DNA of 64,000 nt from Lama guanicoe (Eukaryota): assembly GCA_013239625.1 (NCBI GenBank), contig MU056050.1, positions 5,589,366-5,653,365 on the forward strand, in the 5' to 3' direction. Below, piece after piece: positions 10,961 through 23,400 of the stretch (its first letter is position 1; each line of letters begins with the position of its first letter). The notes beneath the pieces are model-generated. The model was not told where the DNA came from and did no database searches. It saw only the letters and a list, made by a program, of their open reading frames with translations. The translations under genes were made by a program, and so were the position numbers.

Positions 10961-13769
10961 CTAAATACATACTTACAAAGTTGGATGACCACTGCCAGAG
11001 TGTGTACCCTAAAGAATAAATCATTGGCAACGGAGATGAACAGGTTTCTGGTAATTCTTTACTTCTGCTTGTTACAAAGAAAAAACAGGGGCAGGGATAG
11101 CCCTGCTTATTATTTAACTCCTCTTCATTCAGAGAGTTAGTAAGCATATACATAAGTCTTGTCCTACAAACCAGACTTTGTTATACACTGGTTATTATTC
11201 TGAAGGTATCTATTTCCACAAAGAGCCCAGAGTCCAATGTGAGTGATGGGCACAGGCATTAGGAGCGTGTTTTGCCTGAGGACTGGACACACTGCCTCAG
11301 CTTGCAGACATAGCCCTGAGTGGAGGCAGAACCTACACCATATTGATGAGTTCCAGATAGGAGCACCATTGCTTCAGTGCCTATCAGTATGAGTATGAAA
11401 ATCACCCCTGAACTCCTTCATATTTGAGCATGAGTTTTTGTTTGTTTCTTTTCTTTTTTTTTTAATTTCCGAAATCCTGACAACTCATTACCACTTAGAT
11501 GACAATCCTGCAATGATAGATACTAAACAGAAGTTTTGATAGGGTAAGCATTACACATTGTGGAAGAAGGTAAAAGTACAGGGGATCAGAAGCAAGAATG
11601 CGGATTGCAGAATAAGGACACACACCAGTCTTTGACTCACGTCTCAGTTCACGGTTGGTACTCAATACACATATGATGGATGAATGAGTGAATGCATGAA
11701 TGAATGGGCAGACAAAATGGAAGAGTGCATACCTGTTTGTAACATGCTGTCTATATGTAATGATACCTCCATTTACCAATACCCCAACAAGTATTTAAAT
11801 TGTCAAAAAGATAGAAATTCTAAAACGTTAATTTTAGGAGTTACTGAAATTTATTATCAGTTATTTTCAGTATTTAATTCAGTTAATTCAGTATTAATTC
11901 ATCCCGGCAAATTTAACCAAGAAAGTTTTCCCTGTTTTTTTATTTCCATTTTCTGCAGTTGGAACACATTCCCAAAGCTCTATCTCCACTCTGATGCAAG
12001 GTGTCCTGCTAGTCTCACTTCATGAAAACTACCAGGCAGAAAATAACAGAACGACAGAATCAGAATAGCATTTAATCCACTTCACTTTCTATGTAGGTTC
12101 CTGGTTTCCATCATGTAACTCTTTACCATCATGCATTTATGTGCCAAGGGTTATTATATCTAATTGTCTATTGAGGGTAAACACATGTAATCATATAATT
12201 ACAATGTGTAGTATGTAATTATGATGTATAATTAGGTAAATATCACCAGAATGATGTTATAAAGACCTTCAGAGAACTGTTGGAAGGAGACAAATTTTAG
12301 TCTCTGGCAGCTGTGAATACTCACTTTCAAGGTGTATGTGCCTGTGTGCGTATGTGCGGGCGGGCATGTGTGCATATGTGCTAATGTGGGGTGGGGATGT
12401 CAGAGGATCACAGAGTTCAATATCATCTAGATTGGAGACTAGAATAAGGGCAAGCAGAACTGACTGCTTCTGAGGAGTTTTCCACTATGGTTTCAAATCT
12501 CCATCTTTTTGGAACATGTTAAACATGCAGTTAGCTAGCACTGAGCCAGTTTAAATGTATGTGAAGAATTGTACCCAAGGCAAGCATATATATGGATGAT
12601 TCAGAAAATAATTAAACACTTTTGAAAATTAAATATTCAGTAATTATGTAATATATGAACATATAGCCAAACTAATTTATTAAAAAATCTATCACAATTA
12701 TTTTTATAATCTTGCAAATGCTCAATATTTATTCTTTATTACACATGCACACGTTCAGACTTATAGTAATTTATCCCGGACTGTCATGGTAAGGACGGCA
12801 GCCAGGTTGTGTTTTTTGATTTCCTCAAGCCTTCAAGAAAGAGGTGGTACAAAACACAAAGTTCTGAACATACCGCTACAAGAAAAGATTCCCATAGCAT
12901 GATAACTGGGGATCTGGGGGGCCAATGCTTTCAAGGTAAGTCAAATCTGTGAACACTATACCTAATCTAGCGTCATGTTAGATTTTTATTAGGGGACCTC
13001 CAGACTTATTTTGGAAATAAAACAGAGATTCAACCTTCTGGAAGTGAAGTTAATAGAGATACCCTTTTAACATCTCCATCCGATATAGGATTCCTATCAA
13101 ACTGTCTGTGCAAAAGATAATAGAGCAAATCTCATGTGTGAGAGATAGCAGAGATGTTAACTTTTGACAACTCTTAAATGTGTCATGCTGGTTTCTACTG
13201 TCTGATTATGGTGGTTCACTTTTTCACTTCAGTAAAATGTAGCCTCTTGAATTTGAAGTAATATGCAAAACTGATTCATTTCCATATAACTGAAAACTGC
13301 AAAAGTCATATCACATTGCCTCATCTGCCTCCATTAGGGTCTTCATCAGATGTAAAGGCCTGTTTAATTTTTAGCAATTTATGGAAAATATGGCAGACCA
13401 ATGGCTGAGAGATGCCTGGTTCCCTGCTAGCTCTTCCTGGGACTGCTGATGGTGACAACGATGTGACTGGCTACTATCTCAGACACACCAGACCACTCTG
13501 TGCTAATGCCCTTTTCAGATGCAAGTTTTGCGAGCCATCTGTTTGGAGCAGCAGTAAACATTGTTAAGACCTACAGTGGTTTGTTGCGTAGTACACAAAA
13601 TGATCTCTGCACTATAGACATAGAACCAACTTCAGCAAGCGCTAACTCACAAAACTGGCAGATGTACGTATATCTCTATAATTTCATGCATATTACATGT
13701 TAATATATCATCTAGTGACTAAGAAAAAAATCTATCAAATTTACAATTCTTTATGGATCACCCTGTATT

Positions 13770-13822
13770 TTTTAAAGCTCCACAGAATATTCTGATGGGT
13801 AGACGAGGGTTTAGAGGCAGCC
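13770..13822. mobile_element. MER5A-like hAT-Charlie fragment
   Basis: tttaaagctccacag..attctgatg...ggtttagaggcagc. Confidence 0.4.
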
Positions 13823-14114
13823 TATAAGTAAGACTGTCCATACGTCTACAGTTTGAAGGGAATTCAGACTTCACAGAAAGTTGACTCTATTTGCTTTCAT
13901 CTGCCAATATGATATTTCCACAATTATATTCACTTGGTAAGAGACTTTTTGTGTATTTTAAGTAGATTAAGCTGTCTTTTATTCAAAAAAAGTAACAGGT
14001 AAGGAAATTTACATATCCTTTTACCCGATTAATCTACCAATAGTCATTTTCTTATAAGGATCACAGAACCCTGAAGGGATAACATGAAAGGTAGATGAGT
14101 TTGATTTTCCTTAA

Positions 14115-14235
14115 CTATTATTTATGGAGCAACTATTCTCTGCCAGATACTATGCTGGGCTTGTGGAGGGAAATACTTAAGATTAATCAGTATGGCCTTT
14201 GCTAAGAAAGGAGCTCACAATCTAATTTGGGAGGC
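14115..14235 (-). mobile_element. L2 3'-end relic
   Basis: tatttatggagcaacta..tgccagatactatgctgggc...gagctcacaatctaat. Confidence 0.65.
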
Positions 14236-14777
14236 CTACTTGCCTGACAAACTGTTTTGATGGGTAGGGAGAGAAACGAGGATCTCTGGAAACAGAAACA
14301 TAGCTGGCAGGGTTACTGCCAATTCCCTCAGTGAACTGCTGAAGGAGATGGTCCTCAAAACAAAGAGACCCCTAACAGACTCAACAAAAACGAAGCTTCT
14401 GTTCCTGAGTTAAGACTACATTATTTTCAAAAGACTTCAGCATGCTCTCCCTCGTATCTGCTGAGAAAGGCAGATATATTTCATCCCTTGCCCAATTTCC
14501 CTGAAAAATATTCAACTGAAGAAGAAAAAGGTAACAACTTGTTGACACTGATAAGAGAAGGCTCCTGGCCTGGAAGACCTGACATGACCATTTATGGTGC
14601 TGTAGTGACTTCTCTACTTGTTCATGCTCACAGTTAGACGCAGCAAGCTGTTGATTTCATAGTTGAACTAGATACAACTAAATTTCTTGTTGCTTCTGTG
14701 GATAAGGAATTTTGATGAACAATCAAAGGCTCAAACAAAAAAATCAACATGGAATTTGAAAATTATCTTAAGAAGAG

Positions 14778-17700
14778 AGTGACATCACAAAGATGGCAGA
14801 GTAGGAGACCCCAGCCTGTCCCCCAACAAAGATAAACTCTTAGCCAGCTATCCACGAACAAAAATAGCTCTCTGAGAGAGCTCTACAGTCTAAATAAGAA
14901 ACTTCAGCAATACAGTGGAACAAAAATCCAGGAATAACTGCACAAAATGGGTAGGAAAAATCGCTTCACATTGACTACATCACTCCATGCCAAAGACCAG
15001 CATCGCACAACTATATGAGGGAACTCCTCAGCTCAAAAGAGTTCCCCTCACTAGGCAAGGCAGAACAGTATGAGGGATTAGCTTCCGCAGCTTTCTGAGG
15101 CACCAGGTGAAGGATGTGCTTTAGTTCACTTGACCAAGAGACTAACAAAGCTGGGCTGTACAGAGACAGCTAGACATGAGAGAGAAAAACAGGGGCTACC
15201 AAGATCAGCTACACAGTGGGAACAAGTAGGGTACCCAGGGGCCTGCTTTGCAGACAACCCTAGCAGGATTCACCAATGGTCCACACAGCCACCACAGACC
15301 CCCTGCAGAATTCACTGGTTCTTGTTCCACAAGTATTCGTATCTGCTGACTCCAGCTGCCTGAGTCCCTCACTACTACCTTCCCACACTCTACAGCAATG
15401 CGAGCTCAAGATACCAGCGTACAACTCCAGAGCTGAGCCCCGCCACCATGCCCAGACTTGGTGGAAGTCCCACCCTCATGTACTTGCATTCTGCTGCCCT
15501 GATGCCTGTCACCTGCTTCTACTGTGGCATGCACACCCACAGTGAGATCTGAGAGCTGCACAAATACATGTCAATAAATAACCAAGGTCCCCGAGCTGCT
15601 TAGGAGCCCAAATTCAGCCCAATCTCCTGTCACTGGCTTGCATCACTAGGCTCACTTGCAATTACCTCCAAGATGTCCACCTCCATTCCCTGAGCCCAGT
15701 CCCCATCACAGGCTACCACTGCTGTGTGAACACCCACACAGATACCCTGCAGCCACAGGAGCGCACACTGGCAGTGAGACATCCCACAGCGGGCTTGTGG
15801 GCCCGGATCTGGCACTGTCTTATATCGCTGACCTGCACCACTGGGCTCATCTGTGGCTATCTGCTCCATCTGTGCACCTGCACACTTCGAGTCTGAGTCC
15901 TAACACAAGCCTCCACTGTCGTGTGCATACCTGCGAAGAGATTGTGCAGCTACATGAGTGCGAGCCAACAATCAAGACCCCCACAGCCATGTGTAGGCCC
16001 AGATCCAGCTCTGTCCCATAAATGGCTTGTAGCACAGAGCTCACCTGCTGCTAGCCTTTCCAACTGTACACCTGCATTCCCCCAGTCTGACTCCAGACAC
16101 TGGCCTCCACTAGCCTGTGCCCATGGGGAGAACTAGCAGGAACTGTACTGCACAGTGACAATTCTAGCCCCTGCATCTGTCAGTATCTACAGTTGGCCCT
16201 GACCCTTAAAGCATTCCCTGGCCCCAACCACTACATATGTGTTTGCAAAAGCCACTGTCACTATACAGGCACTAGCAGCTGGCTCTCACAGCCAACCATA
16301 TGCCCATCACTTAATCGAAGTGCCATCGATGCGTGCCCTGATCCCTAGCCATTGAACCTGAAGTCATTACTGAAAAAGTACACTACCGTTACAGCCTCTG
16401 TGAACCCCCTGCAGTGCTTGCCAGAGACCACACAGTCGTCGATGTTATGGACCTCCATTGTCCATAAAGGTAATGGAGTCAACAAGTAATCATGGACCTG
16501 GTGCCACCATATATCCCCAACATTTGGTGCCCTGCATCACTATACCCACAGTCATTGACTATATAAGCATGCCCTCATTCACAGGTCTTCACTTATCAAA
16601 CTCAGTCCATCATGTCTGGAAGAGTAGATGGCTCCTTCAAATGCTCAGTCATCTACACAAGGCTACAGGAATCACAAAGAAACAGTAAAAATATGGCTCC
16701 AACAAAGGAATACAATAAACTTCCAATTACTCATCCCAAATAAATGAACGTACAGGAATTTCCAAGAAAAGGATTCAAAATAATCATTCTAGAGACACTC
16801 AGAGATAAAAGAGAATACAGATAAACAATTTAATGCAATTAGGAAAATAATACAAGAACCAAATGATAAGTCCAATAAAGATGTAGAAAACAAAAAAACA
16901 AAACTACACAAGAATAGAAATTTCGGAGCAGAAGAATACAATTACTGGTCTTAAGAATTCAATAGAGTTTCAAGAGGAGATTGGACCAAGCAGAAGAAAG
17001 AACTGGTGATCTCAAAGACAAATTATTTGAAAATATCCAGTCAAAGGAGAAAAAAAAATGAAAAGGAATGAAAAAAGTCCATGGGACTTAAGGGGCACTA
17101 TAAAAGGAAACAGTCTACTTATTGATAATTGGAGTCCCAGAAGGAAAAGAGAGAGAAATGAACAGTAGGCTTATTTAAAGAAAGAAGGGCTGAAAAACTC
17201 CTAACCTGGGGAGAAATTTAGACATCCAAGTTCAGAAAGCTAAGAAACTACACCAAGATTTCAACATAAAACAATCTTATCCAAGACACATTATTTTAAA
17301 ACTACTCAAAATCAAATCAAAGAGACAATTTTAAAATCAACAAGAGAAAATTTTCTCATAAAAGGGAACCCCCATGAGATTTTAAGTGAATTACTCAGCA
17401 GAATTCTTACAAGTGAAGAAGAAAGTCATGATATATTCAAAATGCTGGAAGAAAAAAATGCCAAGAATACTTTATCCAGCAAAATTTTCCTTCAGATATG
17501 AAGGTGAGACAAGGGCTTTCTGTAACAAACAAATACTGAGGGAGCGCATAAACACAAGACCTGCCTTACAAGAAATGTTAAAATGACTTCTTCAAGATCA
17601 AATAAGAAGATGCTAACTACTAACAAAAAAGTATACAGAAGTATAAAACACGCTGGTAAAAGTAGGCATACAGTCAGATTCAAAATATTCTAATACCATA

Positions 17701-19215
17701 ATATGATATATTACAACTTAACTCTAGTATAAAGATTAAATGACAACAATATTAAAATAAACTATAGTTACAATAATTTATTAATGGATACAAAATTTAA
17801 CATGATGTAAGTTGTGTTACCAAAAACATAACATGATTGAGGAGGGAGTAAAAAGGTAGCTTTTTAATGTAATCAGAATTAATTTATTGTCAGCTTAAAA
17901 CAAACTGTTATACCTATAAGATGTTTCACATAAAGCACAGGGTAACCTCAAAACAAGAACATATACAAGATATATACAAAATTAAAAGAAAGAATCAAAG
18001 TATATCACTATGTAAAATCATCAGTTCACAAGAAAAGACAGCAAGAGATAAAGAAAGGAACAAAGGAATTAAAAAACAGCCACAAAAAAAGAATTAACAA
18101 GATGGCAATAGTAAATCTTTACCTAACAGTAATAACTTTAAAATTTACTGGATTAAATGATTTAACCCAAAGTCACAGAGTGGATGAATGGACTTAAAAA
18201 CAAGATCTAACTGCATGCTGTCTACAGGACACAGTTTTAAGGACACAGGTAGGCTCAAAGTGAAGGGATGGAAAAATATTCCACACAAATGGAAACCAAA
18301 ATAGAGCAGAGGTACCTATACTTACATCAGACAAGACAAAGTCAAAAACTGTAACAAGACTCAAAGGAGGTTATTATACAGTTGACCCTTGAACAACACG
18401 GGGGTTTGTCTACATACTTACAGTTGTCCTTCCATATCTGCAGTTCCTCCACATCCAGGAATTCAACCAACCAAAGACTGTGTAGTACTATAGCATTGAT
18501 GATTGAAAAATATCCCCATATAAGTGGATTTGTGCAGTTCAAACTCACATTACTCAAGGGTCAAATGTATAATGATAAAAGGATCGATTCATCAAGGGGG
18601 TATAAGAATTTTATTATGAATCCAATATTGGAGAACATAAGTGTATTAAGCAAATACTAACAGATTTGAAGGGAAAAACTGACAACAATACAATAATAAT
18701 AGTGGACTTCAGTATCCCTCTTTCAATAACGGATAGATCATCAAGAAAGGAAATCAATAAGGAAACATTAGACTGAAATTATACTTTAGACCAAATAAAC
18801 CTAACAGACATGTACAGCACATTCACTTCAACAGCTGCAGAATACACATTCTTCTCAGGAATGTATGGAACATTCTTCAGAATGGATCAGTTCTTATGTC
18901 ACAAAACAAATGTTTGCAAATTGTAAAAGATTTAAATGATATCATGTACCTTTTCCAACCACAATGGTATGAGACTAGTAATCAGCAAGAGGAGGAATAC
19001 TGGAAAATTCAAAAATATTTGGAAATTAAACAACACACTCCTGAAACCAGTGGGTCAAAAATGAAATCAAAAGGGAAAGCAAAAATATCTTGAAATAAAT
19101 AAAAATGGAAACATAACACATCAAAACTTACAGGATGCAGCAAAAGCAATGCAGAGGGACAATTGTAGCAATAAATGCCTACATTAACGAAAAAGGAAAA
19201 TAACAAGTAAACTGC
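14778..19215 (+). mobile_element. Decayed L1 with long 5'UTR, ORF1 (~16690-17585) and ORF2 endonuclease (~18100-19200); truncated before the RT
   Basis: 5' start gacatcacaaagatggcagagtaggag; GC-richer 5'UTR; ORF1 remnant RILYPAKFSFRYEGE..TRPALQEMLK; EN remnants (aaagtgaagggatggaaaaa, gaatacacattcttctcag); many stops and frameshifts. Confidence 0.9.
18379..18567. mobile_element. Tigger2-family MITE nested in the L1 ORF2 endonuclease
   Basis: TIRs cagttgacccttgaacaac / ttactcaagggtcaaatg with TA duplications at 18377-78 and 18568-69; homologous to 3275-3488. Confidence 0.9.
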
Positions 19216-19329
19216 ACACCATATGATCCCACTACCATATGATTGAGCAATCATCTCATGGGTATATATCCAGAGGAAATGAAATTAAGATCCCTAAGAG
19301 ATATCTATAGTCCTTGTTCATTCTGAAGT

Positions 19330-20410
19330 ATCATTAAAACGAAGTTAATTAACGTATCTATCACCTCACGTATTTACCATTTTCCTCATTTCTTTTTCTT
19401 TCCTTGGGCTGAAGGCAGTTGAGTTACCCTCTTAGCAAATTTCAAGAGTACAAAACAGTATTATCAACTAAATTCACCATGTTATACATTACATCTCCAG
19501 AGCTTACTCATTATGAAACTTTGTACCCCTTGACTAATATCTCAGTATTTCCCATTCCCCCAAGTCCCTGGAAACCACCATTCCAATCTCTGATTCTATG
19601 AGCATGACCAATTTAGATTCCTCATATAAGTGAGATCATGTAGTATTTGTCTTTCTTTGGCTTATTTCATTTATCATAATGTCCACTTATTTCACATACC
19701 ATAATGCCCCCAGGACCATACTAGTTATAAAAATGGCAGGATTTCCTTATTCTCAGGCTGGGTAATATTCCATTTTATACAGATAGAGATATAGGTATCA
19801 TATATTCTTTGCCCATTGACCTGTAGATGCATATTTGGGCTATTCACATATTATGACTATTGTGAACAGAGCTGCAATAAACATAGGAGTACAGATATCT
19901 CGTGGAGATTCTGATTTAATTTCCTTTCAATAAATATAGAAAGTGGGATGTTGAATTACACTGTAGCTTATTTTCCATTTTTTTGAGCAACCTTCATACT
20001 ATTTTCCACAGTGGCTTTGCCAATTTACATACTGATCAATAGCACGCGAGAGCTTCCCTTTCCCCAAACCATTGCCAACGCTTGTTATCTTTCATCTTAT
20101 TGATAACAGCAATGAAATAACAGGTGTGAAATCATATCTCATTATGGTTTTGATTTGCATTTCCCTCAAGCTTAGTGATTCTGACCATGTTTTCATTTAC
20201 TTACTGGCCATTTTTATCTCTTCTTTGTAAAAATGGCTACTCAGTTCCTTTGCCCATTTTTAATTAGGTTATTTATTTTCTTGCTATTGAGATATACGAG
20301 TCCCTTATATATTTTGGATATTAGCTGCTATTCAGATACATGTTTGGTAAATATTTTCTCTTATTACACAGGTTTTTTTTTTTTCACTCTGGTGATTGTT
20401 TCCCTTCCTT
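19330..20410 (-). mobile_element. L1MA-like ORF2 3' end/3'UTR fragment, antisense
   Basis: cttagcaaatttcaagagtaca, catataagtgagatcatgtagtatttgtc, ggttttgatttgcatttccct. Confidence 0.85.
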
Positions 20411-20411
20411 T

Positions 20412-23400
20412 GATGTCCAAAAGTTCTTACTCCACAGTGCAGCTCAACACTAGGAAAAGGCCTGCAGTGGCTGAGGACAGTGCCCGGCTGTGAGAGATCT
20501 AGCTGGTTCAAACCCTGAATGGTATGTGAATGGACTGAGGGTGTTCCTTACTGGCACCTATAGAGTTAATGTATCGGGAGTGGTCCAGGGCTCTGAATGG
20601 GGCCGGGATCACCACATCGTACTCCCTGAACCATATGAAGTGAATGCTCTGACCCCTTTTACTCCAGTACTTCTCTTCTCTGGGCCAAAGATACATGAGC
20701 AGGAAAGGAGAAGAGCACATACTGAGAGGGAATAGAGCCAGCCTGAACCAAAACCTCAGGGCTACTGCTACAGCAACTTGGGACTTACCCCGACCCCTAT
20801 TAGGGTAGTGTTGACCACTGAGCAGGGAAGAAGCACCAGCTAAAAACTGGCTCTGACCAAGTTGCTGTTTCTACAGTCCAAACTTCTAGCAAGGTGATAG
20901 CTGCCAGAACAACTTACAGAAACACAACTCAATCACATCAAATCTAGCTCTCCCACCAAAGCCACTGGGCGCTCACAGGCTATATAAGGATGCTCCCACA
21001 AAAGACAGGCTTTCCAGACAGGAACTGGTAACTGTTTCACCTACTTTCAAAGAGATAGGAAGGTCAACAAAATGAGAAGACAGAGGAAGTTATTCCAAAT
21101 GAAAGAACAAAACAAAACTCCTGAAAAACAGCTAATAAAACAAAAATAAATCATTTACCAGAAAAAGAGTTCAAAGCATAATTATTAAGAATGCTAACTG
21201 AATTAAGATAAAAATAAATAGACACAATGAAACTATGAACAAGAAATTAGAAGAAAAATGAATCAGAATTGAAGAATACAGAACTGAAATGAAAAACAAA
21301 TGAGAAAAAATGAACAGTACACTGGGTAATACAGAAGAATGCACAAATGATCTGGAAAATAGAATAAGGGAAATCACCCATTCAGTACAGGAAAAAAAAC
21401 AATTTTAAACAATTAACAGTTCAAGGGACCTCTGGGACAATGTCAAGTGAAACGTTATTTGCATTACAGGGGACCTAGAAGGAGATCAGAAGGAGAGAAA
21501 GGAGTTGAAAGAATATTTGTTGAACTTCTGGATGAAAATTTCCTAAACCTGAAAAAGAAAACAGATACCCAGATACAGGAAGCACAGGGAGTCCCATACA
21601 ACATAAACACAAAGAGACTCACACCAATTATGATATTTTTACATATCAAAATTAAAATGGTAAAAGTTAAAGAGGAAATTCAAAACGCAGAAAGAGAAAA
21701 ACAGAAAGTCACAAAGGAACCCCCATAAGGCTATCACCTAAATCTCCTGAAGAAGCTTTGCAAGATAAAAGATAGTGCCATAATATATTTAAAATGCAGA
21801 AAGGGGGAAAAAATCTGCAATCCACAACATTCAATGCAGCAAAATTAGCACTTAGAATTAATATGAGATAATTTCCCAAACAAGCAAAATTGAAAAGAAT
21901 TAATTAATACAAAACCAATCCTAAAAGAAATAATACAGCATCTTCTCTAAGGTAAAAAAAAAAAAAAGGCTACAAAAAGAAAAATCCATACTAAAGGAAA
22001 AATACCACTAATACAGGCAAATGTATGGTACAGACTATGGATCAATCACTTAAAAAAGCTACTATAAAGACCAAAGAACAAAACATGGTAAAAATCAACT
22101 ATAACTATAATAAAACAGTGAAGAGATAAACATGAAGACATAACATAAAATATGACATGAAAACACAAAATATGGTAGAATAGAGTAAAAAGCTTAAGAT
22201 CATATAGAAACTGTTGGAACTTAAATGACTACCAGTTTAAATATGTAGATATACTTATAGGTAAACATTTTAAGAATGTTATGGTACCCCTAATCAAAAA
22301 CCTACCATAAATATACAAAAACTGGAGACAAAGGAACACAAGCATACCAATAAAAAGTATCATCAAACCACAAGGGAAGAAACTAGAAGAAAAAGAGAAC
22401 TGCAAAAGCAACCAGAAAATAAGTGACAAAACAGTATTAATTATATACATATCATAAATGACTTTAAATATCAATGGACTAAATTATCCAATCAAAAGAC
22501 ATAGGGTAGCTGGTTGCATTAAAAAAAAAATCAAGTTCCATCTACATGCTGATTATAAAAGACTCACATCATAGCTTAAGACACACAAAGGCTGAAACTA
22601 AGAGCATGGAAAAAGACATTTTATGCAAATAGAAAGAAGAAAATTGGCGTAGTAACACTAAATCAGACAAAATAGACTTTTAAATAAAGGACATAACAAA
22701 AGACAAAGAAGGGCATTATATAATGATAAAGGTACCCAAATAAGAAAAGGATATGCCACTCATTAACACATTTTCACATAATATAGGAGTACCTAAATAT
22801 ATAAATCAAATATTGACTGACATGAAGGGAGAAACAGACAGCAATACAAGACTATTGGAAATTTTAACTTTCCAATTACACCAATAGACAGATCATCAAG
22901 AAAGAACATTAATAAGGACAGAGCAGACTTAAAGGACACATTCAACCAGTTGATTTAAAAGATATCTACAGGTTATTCCATACAAAAATAGCAAAATGTA
23001 CGTATTTTTCAAATGCACATGTACGTTCTCCAAGATAGATCACAGGCTAGGCCAAAAAATATGTCTTAATAAAATTGACAGAAGTAATATCAATAATTTT
23101 TCCAACCACAACGATATAAAACTAGAAAGTACAGAAATAAAAATGGGAAAAAAACAAATACATGGAGACTAGACAACATTCTACCAGAACAACCAATGGA
23201 TCAATTAAGAAATCAAAGAGAAAACCAGAAAATACCTCAAAAGGAACGAAAATTGAAACAGAAGCTTACAAAGATCCATGGAATGCAGCAAAAGCAGTTA
23301 TAAGAGGGAGGCTCATAATGAACCACAAGAAACAAGAAAAATTGCAAACAATCTAACCTAACACCTAAAGAAATTAGAAAAATAAGATACTTTTCGACAG

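Noticed and set aside
12873..12950. Exon suggested by caag|gtaagt (+) or gcg|gtatgt (-)
   Set aside because: No convincing matching acceptor, and the minus-strand option has stops in all frames
15130..16688. Cluster of overlapping ORFs in GC-richer DNA
   Set aside because: Lies in an L1 5'UTR; higher GC lowers stop frequency; no recognisable protein. The same applies to 35747-36457 and 57457-58152
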